Made by a program: the position numbers and the translations under genes. 64,000 nt of DNA from Blastocystis sp. Blastoise (taxonomy: Eukaryota; Protista; Bigyra: Opalinata). The stretch lies in NCBI GenBank assembly GCA_039096225.1, contig JBBPEB010000032.1:496001-560000 (forward strand), read 5' to 3'. Below, piece after piece: positions 16,617-29,733 of this stretch (position 1 is the first letter of the stretch; the number at the start of each line of letters is the position of its first letter). The notes under the pieces are model-generated. The model worked only from the letters and a program-made list of their open reading frames with translations, did no database searches and was not told the origin of the DNA.

Positions 16617-18059
16617 ATGTCGGCACAATTAGTTGTGAAACCTATAGAAAAGATGGAAGAGCCTATTATTATAAAGAAATCGCTCAAATCTACCTCAAAC
16701 AAACCCCGGCGAAATGTTGTCGTCACTTCGCCACCTCCCATTAGAAGAAATAGAAGAGTCTCTTTTAATTTAGATGAAGATGTTGTAGACTTTAATCAAA
16801 ACGTATTTTTTGTTGCTAATTATTATTATTTTTTTGTAAATTTTTTAATGAAGTTTTTTATTCAATTTTTAAATATTAATTATATTTTTATTTAGTTACC
16901 TCCTCTATTAACATATCATAGAAAGCCAAGTACGGTTGGCAAAGTATATATTATTTATATTTATTTATAAAATTATACTTTTTTTTAGTTATTTAATTTT
17001 ATTTATTTTATTGTAATTCACAATATATATATATAGTTAAATTCTGACCAGATATATAATGAAGCTGTGTCACTACAATTACCTGTGAAGAATTCGGGAT
17101 ATAGTGATGAGAAATTACAAGAATTAATTCTTCACAAATGGTGTAAATTAATGATAAAAGAAATGGATCCATTTGATTTACATATCAATAATAAACAAGA
17201 TTCAAATACTATTGAGCAGCAATATAATTTATTTAAATCAATTATATATCCTTTTTATTTTTTATTTTTTTTAATTTATTTTTTTATTTTATTTTTTTAT
17301 TTATTTTTTAATTTATTTTTTAATTTATTTTTTTATTTATTTTTTTATTTTTTATTTTTTAATTTATTTTATTTAATTTGATGATTATAATTCAAAATAT
17401 AATCTTTAATTATAATTATGCGTGGTAGTATATTAAACCTATATGAATTATCGCTATATCCTCAGGAATGTTCTAAAGAAGAATTACAACGAATTATTGA
17501 AACTAAAAATATAAAAACAAAACATAATGATCGGTATGTTTATTATTATTATTATGTTTATGTTTATGTTTATGTTATTATTATTATTATTATATTTATA
17601 TTTATATTTATTATTTATTATAGTGAGGAAATGATTCAAGCTTTAGAAACTTATTATTTACAAACTTTACCTCGTATATATATATATATATATACATATA
17701 ACAATATATTTAATTATTCAATTACAGGAATGGAGCAATCAAATTATGAGTTCTCAAAGATTTTCTTTTCTCCCCGTGAATATTTTCAAGAGAAATATAA
17801 GAATAATAGTCCTTCAGATCTCTCTAGAGAAATTGAAAAATATGGAGAAAAAGCACCCAAAAAAATAGAAACTCGAAAAGAAACATTAATTACACTTATT
17901 GAAAAGAATATGAAGAATAGATTATATGATTCTTTTAAAGAAACCTTACAGAAATGCTTAAAGTATCGATTATTAGATATTGAAGGTGATATGAAAACCT
18001 TATTTATGCGTCTATATACATATAAAATAGACAACAAGGAAACTATTCTTGATGAATAA
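16617..18059 (+). CDS. Uncharacterised protein with an RVSF (PP1-docking-like) motif; contains a U12-type intron
   Basis: Exons join in frame; RRNRRVSFNL near the N-terminus; TAA at 18059. Confidence 0.65.
17246..17419 (+). other. U12-type (minor) intron with AT...AT termini
   Basis: 5' ATATCCTTT at 17246; branch-like TCTTTAAT at 17403-17410; joining ATT AT|G CGT GGT restores the frame; no GT donor is available in this segment. Confidence 0.75.
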
Positions 18060-18346
18060 TATTTATTTTATTTTATTGTACTTTTTAATATATTTATATT
18101 TATTTTTTATTTGTTTTTTTTTTTATTGTTACTGGCTAATGTAGTATATTCTTTATTTGTTATTTATTTGATATTATAAACGGTGCAACACTCTTTTTTC
18201 TTTTCACCTTTTTCTTACCGTTATTGATGCTTAATCAACTCTTATGAGTTATGAGATTGCATTGTTTTGTATTATTTAAATATTTGATGACTTCAAAAAT
18301 ACTATCAACGAAATATAATAGAATCATAAATAACAATTTCATAATC

Positions 18347-19245
18347 ATGATATCTTTGAGACATTCAATTCAATCTCGTTACATTTCTTCGTTCATAAGA
18401 AGTGCTCAAACAAGTTCTACAAATCTAAAAACCCATAAGTCAAAATCATCTTCACAATGGCTTCGAAGACAAAGTCAAGATCCATTTGTTAAGAAGGTAT
18501 CTATCTATAATAATCTTTGAATATATAATAATATATAATCTATGATTTAGTCACAACAAGATGGATATCGATCTCGTGCAGCATATAAATTATTAGAAAT
18601 TGATCAAGTATTTGAATTTTGTATATATTTTGTAACTTAAATATGTATTTAGAAATATAAAATAATAAAGCCAAATTCATTTATTGTCGATTGTGGCTGT
18701 GCTCCAGGTAGTTGGTGTCAAGTTATGTTAAAAAAGAAACAAGTTCAAGACGATATATCTATAATAGGAATTGATTTACTTCCAATTAAACCACTTCAAG
18801 GTATGATTATAATTATTATTTTTATTATATAATATATATGATATATTATCTATAAATGATTATAGGTATGCATTTTATTCAAGGAGATTTCACATCTTCA
18901 TCTGTACAACAAAATTTATCATCTCTTCTTAATAATAGAAAAGTTAATTTAAGTATATATTGAAATATATTCTTTTGTTAATGAATATATTATTTTTTTT
19001 TTATATATTAAATAGATTTATTGTATATATTAGTTTTTTGTTATTTACTTTTAAATAATAAAAGTATATCCTATTCAATATGTATTAGTTACAAGTGATA
19101 TAGCTCCCTCCTTCTCAGGAAATCATAAAACAGATCATATTCGTCAAGTATATATTTATATATAACTATTCATTGATATTCTATGATAATACTATTATTA
19201 AATATTAATAATATTATAAATTATAATTGATATTATAATAATAAG

Positions 19246-19294
<49 letters not shown>

Positions 19295-19333
19295 TAAATA
19301 TAATAAATATAATAAATAATATAAATATAATAA

Positions 19334-19386
<53 letters not shown>

Positions 19387-19692
19387 GCATATCAACTATA
19401 TATAGATAGGATTATCAGAGAGTGTATTTGATTTCTCTTTGAATTATTTGGATACAAATGGTATATTACTAATGAAAGTGTTTCAAGGAACAGAATTACA
19501 ATCGTTTATAAATACATTAAAAAATCATTTTCAATCTGTATTCGTTTTCTTTTAATTGTTTTCATTTATTCTTTTTTTTTTAATTTTATTATATATATAT
19601 ATCATTAATATATATAGGTCATACAAATAAAGCCAAAAGCATCAAGAGATGAATCTTCTGAATTATATATTTTATGTAAAATACTAAAATAA
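18347..19692 (+). CDS. MRM2: Mitochondrial rRNA 2'-O-methyltransferase, RlmE/FtsJ family
   Basis: Presequence-like N-terminus; SSSQWLRRQSQDPFVKK|SQQDGYRSRAAYKLLEID; VDCGCAPGSWCQ; FIQGDF; SDIAP; KPKASRDESSELY. Confidence 0.9.
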
Positions 19693-19888
19693 AACAACAA
19701 AACAAAAAAAAAGAATGAATAATCTTTAAAACAACACAATGAAACTAGTTCTATTTGTTTGAGAGAAAGAGCTTTTTTTAATGACAATTTTACAGTAGAC
19801 AATAATGATAAAATAGAAAACATATAAAATAATAATTAACATATACAAAGAAAATAAATATAAATATGACTACAATAAACTTTTAATC

Positions 19889-20494
19889 TTAATTATTGAG
19901 TTCTAATAATTTCTTAGCAAGATCTTCATATTTAATAGTATCTGTATTACATTTACAAGATTCTAAAACATCAGTAATTTGAATAGGTGTCAAAGGTTCA
20001 CCCAACTGACTCAAAATATTTCTCAATTCTTCTTTCTTTATATATCCAGTATTCGATATATCAAAGTGTCTAAAACAATCCATCAACTCAGTAAATGGAT
20101 CTAAAGATAATATACTATTATTAAAAATTTGAAAGAATAATAAAAAACACTCGAAACGAACGATTTCATATTTTTACATATTTATTAGAATATGGAATAC
20201 AAATATACTAACACTTTCTTGTTTGATACTAAGAATAATTTGGATTAGAATGTCAAAAGTCACATTTTCATCACCTTTACGACATTGTTTAAGAACATCT
20301 TTGAAACAATTATCTGTGGGAGCTAATCCTATAGCACGTACAATCAATTTTGCTTCATTATCAGGAATAGTTCCAGAGTTATTTGTATCAAACATATCAA
20401 AATATGTTTTTGCTAAGTTTGTCTACATGATAATAGAAGATATACTTATAAATCATAACTACTATACTTGTTCTGGTGTTAATACAGAAGACAT
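19889..20494 (-). CDS. Calmodulin/myosin light chain-like EF-hand protein, 3 exons
   Basis: FDMFDTNNSGTI; IVRAIGLAPT; ELMDCFRHFDISNTGYIKKEELRNILSQLGEPLT; IKYEDL. Confidence 0.85.
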
Positions 20495-21583
20495 GATGAA
20501 AAAAAAGAAATAAAATGAATTGAATCCAAGAATACTAAAAATTTAAAAATAAATCAAGTAAGAAAATGATTTCTTAAAAAGTAAAACAAGTTTCATTTTT
20601 ATTTTTTAGATATCATTTATATGCTTGCATATTTATTCATTATAAAATTTTTATTAGGAAGCTAATATTGATGAGGATATATATAAGTACTTTAGAGAAT
20701 AGTATTCGTTGATTAAAGAATTTGAATCACTATTACTTGTTGAAATTTTTATTTTAAAGCAATAAGCCATATAACCGAGAGCTACAAAAGTAATCATATA
20801 CTACTTATTCGATTGAAATATGTTCTATAAAGATGATTCATGTTTCGTTTCTTAATATCCGACAGTTTCAGTATTTGATTATTGAAGCTTATAGATTTAT
20901 TGAATGATATTTGTGGTAAAATACAATAAACACTAAGATATAATTTTCAATTGTTTATTATTACTCTATATAGCCTTCTTATATTGTTTATATTAATTAC
21001 AGAGGACTAAAACTATGATTTTTTGTGTGAGTGGCGTAAGAAGAATGGAAATTTAAAAAAATGTCATTGTGATTATTAAAAAAAAATGAAAAAAAGAAAA
21101 GAAAATTAACAAATTCACTACTTTGATTCTATAAATGATATAAATAATTCATCACAATGAATAGTCACAACAAAACAAGAGAAAACAAACAATCCATAAT
21201 ATGTAGAGGATTATAAACCAGACATATTCATAAATAATCAAGAACAACGAACAATAGGAATAGGAATGGAAATGAATTAGATAAGTTTTCTATTCCAAAT
21301 AAAAAACTAAATAATAAAATTTATTTAGATAACAAATAGTGTACAAAATATAAAAGATAAAAAAAAAAAGAATTACAAAGAATCTTATCATAAATTACAG
21401 ATAATAATTGTTGAAGTAACTTTAATAGTACAATATATATAATAATGATATTTAGAGAACAAATAATTTAATAATTATAGTATAAAGAGTAACTATTAAG
21501 AATGAGATAATAAGATATATTTATATAAAACATTTATAAAAATGTATAGAATATAGAGTAGACAAGGTAGTTTAGTTGCATAA

Positions 21584-21690
21584 GATAATTATATAAAATA
21601 CAGAGAAAGATAATTATATAAAATATAGAGAAAGATAATTTTATAAAATACAGAGAAAGATAATTTTATAAAATATAAAGATAATTATAA
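21584..21690. repeat. 25 bp minisatellite, about 4 copies
   Basis: gataattwtataaaatayagagaaa at 21584, 21609, 21634 and 21659. Confidence 0.8.
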
Positions 21691-23661
21691 ATGAATGAAC
21701 AAGAATTACTTTTATATATACATATATGTAACTATTATTCAATATATATATATATGTTAATGAACAGATAACAGAATAACAATATAAAACAAACATCAAA
21801 TAAACAAATTAATATAAAAAAGATTGAGAGAGTATAAATTGAAAAAATAAATAATAGTTACATATATATATATAATCTATAATAATAAAAAACTATATAA
21901 TAATAAGAATGAAAGATAAGATCTTTTCTATAGTGTTTTAAAATAGCCAAGTGATTTGAAAAACCAATTGTTGAAGACATTATATAAAACGAGAAAAACA
22001 GTATATAATCCAAAATAGTATTAAAGAAATGACTATTATTATAAAAAAGAAAAGAATGAGATTCTATATATATATATATAATCATTTAAATGAAGTATAA
22101 ATAATGAAAACTGTAAATAGTTCTTAAAAAATAGTCTAACAAAAAAGAATAGAAAACAATGTTGAACAAGAAAAGAAATCAAAATCTACGTATAAGTAAC
22201 CATAAAAAATAAAGAATATATTTAAAAATAAATATATTTTTATAGTATATATATCGATATAGAATTGAATAGTATCATAGATTTCTAGTTAATATATAAA
22301 AATAGAACAAAAAAATATAACAAAGAACAAAAAGAACAATATTTTAAAACAATAAATTAATATATATATAGAACAAACATAAAATAAATCAAATAAAAAT
22401 AAAAGCGAAATAGTTGCATATGATAGAATATCTAATAATAGAATTATATATATTTTAATATTCTATTAAAAACATGAATATGGAAATAACAATAATTCTA
22501 TAAAAGAAAATTCATTTGAAATCAATGCAATATATATATATATATAGTTAAATATATATGAAGAGAAAGATAATAAATAAATAACAAAGTATAAAATAAT
22601 ATATAAAAAGAAAATTAAAAAATGAAAATGAATAGAATATGATGTTTTTATATTAAGAAAAAAAGTTCGAGAATAAATTTATTTATAAATAAAGAAACTT
22701 GCTTAAAGTATTAAAAAAAAAATTGAAAAATATATAAATAAATAATATATATATATACATAAATATAAATATTTACATATGTATATATAGCTAAGCAAAG
22801 AATATCCCAACATGAGTAAAAATGAATATATATATATATATATAGTTAAATATATATATAAAGAAGTAGAATAAACAATATTATAAATTTGTATAGTATA
22901 TATATATATAGAAGAATTGAATATATTAATAAAAATGAATAGAACTCTTTGAAATTAAAAGAATATAATATGTTTATATATATAATAATTTAAAATAAAT
23001 GAAAATATAATAATGAACAAGGTAATCTATATAGATTTCAAAGAGTATGAATATTCAATACATTAATAAATAAAAAATAAAACAATTCTTAGTGATATAT
23101 ATATATATAAATATAAATTTATAGGATAAAAAAAGATGAAAATCAAAAATGAAAATCCAAAAAGATTAGCATACAAAACAAAAAAAAATAAAAAACAAAA
23201 AAAAAAATAAAAAATAATAAAACAAAAAAATCAAAAAAAAAAAAGAATGAATACAAAATACTCATAATAAGCATTATTACATAGATAGAAGCACTATATG
23301 CTTTTATCTATAAAGAATATACACATAAAGAAATAATACATTTGAACAAATATATATGTATATAACAATAAATATGAAGATATAGAAATATAGTATAAAA
23401 GTAGAAGAAACGTTGAACACAAATACTCTTTCATGAATACATATATATATATAAATAGAGAACAAATATAGTGAATACTATAATAGTTAATATATATAAA
23501 TAAGCAAAGAATTAAAACAAATAAATATTTAAAAACAAACAAGAAAAGAAATATGACTAGAATAATAAATATACAAAGAGATTTAGCGCTACTATATAAA
23601 AGACTCTATAAAATGAATTCCTAAATATCTGAAAATAGAAAACAGAAAAAGGGAATTCATT

Positions 23662-24993
23662 TTAAGCAAATACAGGCATATAGCGTGAAATCTCTTCGAT
23701 ATTAATAAATGAATGTTGAGAAAGAAATGAACAGTTATGATCTAATTGATTAAATACCATCGAATCTCCACGAAGAGAAGTATATATAGTTTGAAGTGTT
23801 TGCTGTATTCTTAATAAAGTAAATAATGATGATTTAAAGCTATCAATTGTAATAAGAATACTATTTAAATAAGGTGAACATGAACTAAAAAGAACTCCCG
23901 ATGAGTAGTCCGAGTTATTATTATTCCGTTTTGCATGATATTCTAAAGATGTAGAAGACAAATCGAAAGGTAATTGAATAACTTCATTGCTCTCGGCTTG
24001 TTCATGAATAAAATCTTGTGTTTGAATACGACCTTCTTCATTATAATGAATACAATAACCAGATATCTTATTATTAATAAATACACCAAATAAAGAAGGA
24101 AGACTAGTAATTTCATTAAAATATAAACAAGTACCATAACATTCATTCTTAAAGAATCGACCTATTATCTTCAATTTACCAGTATTTGTAAATAAAGCAC
24201 CTATTCCTTGCTTAACACCTTCTACCCATTCACCTATATAATGTATACTCATATCTTCATTAAATAAAACACCAAATCCATTTTCTAAATTATTCTTATA
24301 AGAACCAATATATATTATATTTCCATTTTCATTTAATACCATACCATTTCCATTCAATTTTGAATCTTTCATATATCCATTATATAAAATATTACCTTTT
24401 AAAGAAGTAGTAAGAACACGACCATTGAATTTATTATTTTCCATCTCTCCTTGGATTATACAATTATCATATACTTGCGTTCCAAAACCATTCTGAGAAC
24501 GATTCACTACAACTTCATCTTTCACACAAGAATCTAATTTATATTGAAGTAAAGTACCTATTGCACTATGCTCTTGATGTATTTCTGCAATATTACCTTC
24601 AGAAGAAGTCTTTATACCTTCTATTTCTATATCATTTCGGAAAATACCTTCAAAATAACTTCCATCAGCGTAATAACGCTTTCCATAACCAAATGCAGCA
24701 CCATTAATCCAGGAACCTTCCATATATGTTCCATCTGCCCAAGTCATGATTCCTTTTCCATCGATTTCACCTTCTTTAAATTCACCTTCATATTCTTGAA
24801 ATCCCTCATATACATATCGAGAGAGACTAACATCTTTTAAAGAAAAACGAGAACATATTTTTGACACATATGTACAATAAAGAACAATAGTACCACATGT
24901 TCTAGGCATCGGAGTATAACTAAGACGTACCTTCTTTCCAAAACCATGAGCTCTACCATTTAAAAAATCACCATTGTATGTATATGAATCCAT
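23662..24993 (-). CDS. MORN-repeat protein (a single long exon; extra flanking exons possible)
   Basis: Multiple YxGxW/FxxGxxxGxG repeats (YNGDFLNGRAHGFG, YEGEFKEGEIDGKG, YIGEWVEGVKQGIG). Confidence 0.85.
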   Translation of the reverse strand: MDSYTYNGDFLNGRAHGFGKKVRLSYTPMPRTCGTIVLYCTYVSKICSRFSLKDVSLSRYVYEGFQEYEGEFKEGEIDGKGIMTWADGTYMEGSWINGAAFGYGKRYYADGSYFEGIFRNDIEIEGIKTSSEGNIAEIHQEHSAIGTLLQYKLDSCVKDEVVVNRSQNGFGTQVYDNCIIQGEMENNKFNGRVLTTSLKGNILYNGYMKDSKLNGNGMVLNENGNIIYIGSYKNNLENGFGVLFNEDMSIHYIGEWVEGVKQGIGALFTNTGKLKIIGRFFKNECYGTCLYFNEITSLPSLFGVFINNKISGYCIHYNEEGRIQTQDFIHEQAESNEVIQLPFDLSSTSLEYHAKRNNNNSDYSSGVLFSSCSPYLNSILITIDSFKSSLFTLLRIQQTLQTIYTSLRGDSMVFNQLDHNCSFLSQHSFINIEEISRYMPVFA

Positions 24994-26568
24994 GACGTTT
25001 CTAAATAAGTTAAAACATATAGATAAATAATTATAACGTTATATTTATGGTGATTATAAACGAATAACTAAAAGAAACACAACTAAAAAGATCATCATAC
25101 ATAAGTCTCCGTTTCCTTTGAAATGTAATATAACAATACTAATAAAATGCTAATTTTAAAATCTACCTAAATATAGGTAATATAATTATGATAAAAATAA
25201 TGATTAAATAAACCACAAAGTGCTTCTTCTTTATTTTATTTTGAAAAACTCGATAAGACTGGTTCAACGAAATACTAAAAACCTATTGGCTATTCATTTG
25301 TGGTTTGTTTAATTTCTTGTTTAAAAACAGAAATGCTTCACTTCATACGATGACGAGTCCTCAAAAAGAGAATGAAGCCATATCATTGGCTCATTCTGCT
25401 GGATCAAGAGTTTTTCATGCAATTCACTGGCTTAAAAACCAAAAGTCAACCAATGATCTCATTACTCTTGCGTCCAAATGGGTTTTGTGGTATTTCACGA
25501 AACCTTAAAGGTCTACTAAGAAACATAAAATAACCAAGATTATTTACTTCCGTCATCTATCTGCCAAATGATGACCAAAAAACATCATTGTTTTTATTGG
25601 TCTTTCTTTCTTATAACGTTCATGGCGAAGCTAAAAAAATGAGATTGAGCTTCGCCTATATTTTAATGCTTATATCTTAATCAAAAGGCAGTATTTCCCC
25701 ATTTGATGAGAGTAAGGAACGTTCTCATTGGATATTTTAAAAAATTATAAAAAGAGACGAAGTCATTATCGTACCAGTCACTTGACGTCAATGGATTATG
25801 TTCACCATTAAAATAATTTCATACGCTAAGACAAAACATTATCGAATAAAAGCCCATAAATTTGAACTATTGCTACTAACAATTAATAAACACAATTAAT
25901 TTACATTTTAATTACATTTTAATGTATTAATGAATTGTATTTTACTCATACTGAACGTTAAAATACTTCTCTTCTATATTATAAATGATATGGATACAAT
26001 GTCTTGTAAATCATCACTAAATGAGACCAATATTAGCCATCATTATGCTTAAAAGATGTCTATATTGTTTTTCTATTTCTATATCAAATTATAATAAAAA
26101 GTAATAACCTATCTAATGGAATAATAATAAAGTTTTTTTTATGTTAATAATATGAGAATCTCATTTTCTAGATCTTAAAGTTCTTTAACCAACTTAAACT
26201 AATTGTATATATGTATATTCCATGTATATTAATTAATAATTCTTGATCAATGATAATTGTAATGAGTTATTTATCCAAGCTTCGCTGAGTTACACACTCT
26301 TAAATATATAGATTTGTTGAATAGTCGTGATTATTGCGAGGTGTTTATAAAATGTCTTGTTATGAATATTTTTTGTTAACCATTTTAGGTATCAAATGTT
26401 GTTCTAAAGAATTTTTTTCTTCTAGATTTTTATCTAAAACTCAATGATTTGTTTTTTTCATATTTATTTTTAAGTTTTTGTACTAAAAATTCAATTCGAG
26501 AACCAAATAAACACAAAAAAAACAGAATTCTTCTCACATGAGACGTTATAGAAAAAGGAGAAGCGAAG

Positions 26569-29108
26569 CTAGTCCACAATTTCATGTAGCTCTTCCTCTT
26601 CTAGTTTGTTTTGTTGATCTTCTGATAAAGGAGTATTCTTTGTATTATTTATAGTATCTTGACTATCCTCAGATGTATTTGCTTGTGGTGTAGTTATATC
26701 TGTATTTTGACTTCTTTTACGAGGATCTACCATTTGATTTAAAAATTGATAATTAAAAGCAGCTGCTCCTGTGGGCAATACACGTGTCTGTGCAATTCTA
26801 AAGTCTTCCTCCTATAAACATTAATTATAAATAGTAGATAGTTTGTGTCAATATATATTAATATAAGACAAGTATAATAGATATATAATGAATAGTAGTT
26901 TATATACAGTTATTGCACCTATAAGAACTCTGTTAAATATTTTTTCATTTGCAAAAGCTCGTTGAACAGCATAAAAAGCAGCTTGCTTACATAATTCCTT
27001 TAAATAATGTATTATAATATATATATTAGATTAGACGTGAATAGATAATAATGTGAATTAATGAAAAGTTTATGTATTATATATATTTTAATACTAATAA
27101 AAACTATATTCTATGTATTTATATATAATAATGAATAATGAATACTATATATATATACCACAAGATCAGATCCTGAATACCCGCTAGTAATCTTTGATAC
27201 CTTCTTTGCTAGTATATCTCTATTCACCTCATCGCTTAATGCTTTTCGTAATATATCTACACGCTGTTTTTCATCCTATATATATATATATATAGTTAAT
27301 TTGTGTATAAAATATATATTGTTTTATTTATATATAATATAGTTAACTTGTATATAGAATATATATAGTTCTTTTTATATATAATATAGTTAGCTTATAT
27401 AGAGAATATATACAGTTTTTTTTATATATATTGATATAAAAAGATTGTATAGACATGATATATATATATATATATACAGGTAAATCAATAAGGAATGTAC
27501 GCGGTAAACGACGTAAAAACGCGGTATCAACATCCCATGGTCTGTTTCTATATATATATATATATATCAATTTTATGTTATACATATTATATATTTATTA
27601 TATTGTTATATATATTCTATTCTATTATTAATAGTATCTATGCTATTGCTATATATTTATTATATTATAATATATATATATACGTCGCCGCAACAATGAG
27701 TACATTCCCGTGGTTATCTCCATTATCTTGCCCATCAACTCTTCCTGTAACTACACCATCCCATAATTGAAGGAATTCTCCTTTTATTTGACTATATGCC
27801 TATGAATATATAGTATTATGAATAGAATATATATTTATATATATATAGACTATTTTGATTAAAATGAACAAATATATGAAATAAATAAAGAATAATAAAC
27901 AATAAGAATATTAAGGAATTTAAAAAGATAGAATTTAAATATAGTATTTAAAAAGATATATATAGAAAGAATCATATCGTATGAGTATATTACTTATAGT
28001 ATAGAAATAATATTAATATTAAATTAATCTATATATGCTTCATTTTGTTGTGACCCTCTTGTTCCCAGTAATATATCAACCTCATCGATAAATATAATGG
28101 ATGGAGCCAATTTGTGGGCAAGACTGAATATACTTCGAGTTATCTTTTCACTCTCACCAACGTACATATTCAATAAGGAAGATCTATATATATATATATA
28201 TTATATTATATTATATTATATTATATTATATATATTATGTATTATATATATTATATTATATTATATTATATTATATTATATTATATTATATTATATTATA
28301 TTATATTATATTATATTATATTATATTATATTATATTATATTATATTATATATAAAATAGAATTGAATTTGATAGGAATAAAAACGATAGAATTATATAT
28401 ATATATATATACAATTGAACATTAATAAATGTAGCTCCTGACTCTTTTGCAATTGCCTTTCCAATCATCGTTTTCCCTGTACCTGGAGGACCTATATATA
28501 ATAATAATAAATATAATAAATATAATAAATATAATAAATATAATAAATATAATAAATATAATAAATATAATAAAATATATATATATTTATCACAAAAAAA
28601 AAAATCTACCACATAATATATCTTACCATAAAGTAATATTCCCTTGGGGAATTCTAATAACTTTTTGCCTTTAAATATATCAGGTCTTAATAAAGGAAGT
28701 AATATCATATCTTTTATTTCTTGTTTAACATCTTCTAATCCACCGATATCTTTAAATGAAATATCTATTTCTGAAGGAAGAACAATATCTTGAAGAATTC
28801 GGTATTCATACTATATTTATATATATATTATTTAATAATAAACAGATGAATAAACTCTATATAGTAATAAAAACAAAACAAATTAAATAAATATCAAAAT
28901 ATACATCAGTAAGAGTCTTTAAATTAGGACAACGTGTTTTTAAAATATCTATGATCTTTTTCTTTCTTTCTTCATTTTCTTTAAGTTCTTTATTTCTAGG
29001 ATCCATTTTATCCATTGCTTTCGTTAATAACCATGTACTGAATATAATACTTCCAGCAGAAACTGCTAAGTTTAATAAGAGTTCTACAAAACTACGTTCT
29101 TCACTCAT
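26569..29108 (-). CDS. ATAD1: Membrane-anchored AAA-ATPase Msp1/ATAD1; includes a GC-AG intron (27800-28038)
   Basis: N-terminal TM followed by MDP; FKDIGGLEDVKQEI; PKGILLYGPPGTGKT; IIFIDEVD; EFLQLWDG; ATNRPWDVDTAFLRRLP; GYSGSDLVELCKQAA. Confidence 0.92.
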
Positions 29109-29733
29109 GGCGACGAATAATGAATAATTAAAAATGACTCATTTCTAGAATTATTTTTATTTTTTAACTTTCTTCTAATCGAATTTCCATGCTTTTTTAC
29201 AAAACTGTCTCGAATTATTTTTTTTCTTATTTTTTTCATTTTATTTGAAATATATCCTAAATGCTTTTGTAAATAACTAGGATAAGTTTCACAAACGTAT
29301 AAAAAAAGCGTTTCTTGTTGATTAGTAAAAGAAAATGTTGCACTAATGGATTTTTGCTATATTCCTTTGATATAGAAAGTCTACATCATTGTAAACGAAA
29401 ATTCATATTTATAGAATGCATGCACATAGAACGATTAAGCTAATATACCTTTTTCTCTTTAGTAAAACAGAAGTAAGAATAAAGAAATTTCCTGAAACAA
29501 GAAATTGTAGAATCATATAAATTATTTCAGTCATAAAATGATTATCCCCGTGATTATCAAATAACCTGTGTGTTGTTTCCTTTTTTGCTAGAAATTTATT
29601 GTTCCTTTTCTTCAAATTCGTTCTTTCTAAAAAAAATGTTTTTATGACTTCAATGGAATGTCATAATCATGAAAATCAACATTTTCAATCTCATTTTTTT
29701 GTTTATTGTTATATAGATTATTGTTTTGTTATC

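Noticed and set aside
25349-25377. Hammerhead-like ATGACGAG-stem-GAAG
   Set aside because: Core nucleotides are wrong (no CUGANGA or GAAA) and stems I and III are absent.
25704-25720. GAGTAAGGAA resembling the U12 snRNA branch-pairing region
   Set aside because: It lacks the TGCCTTAAA 5' end and a recognisable Sm site.
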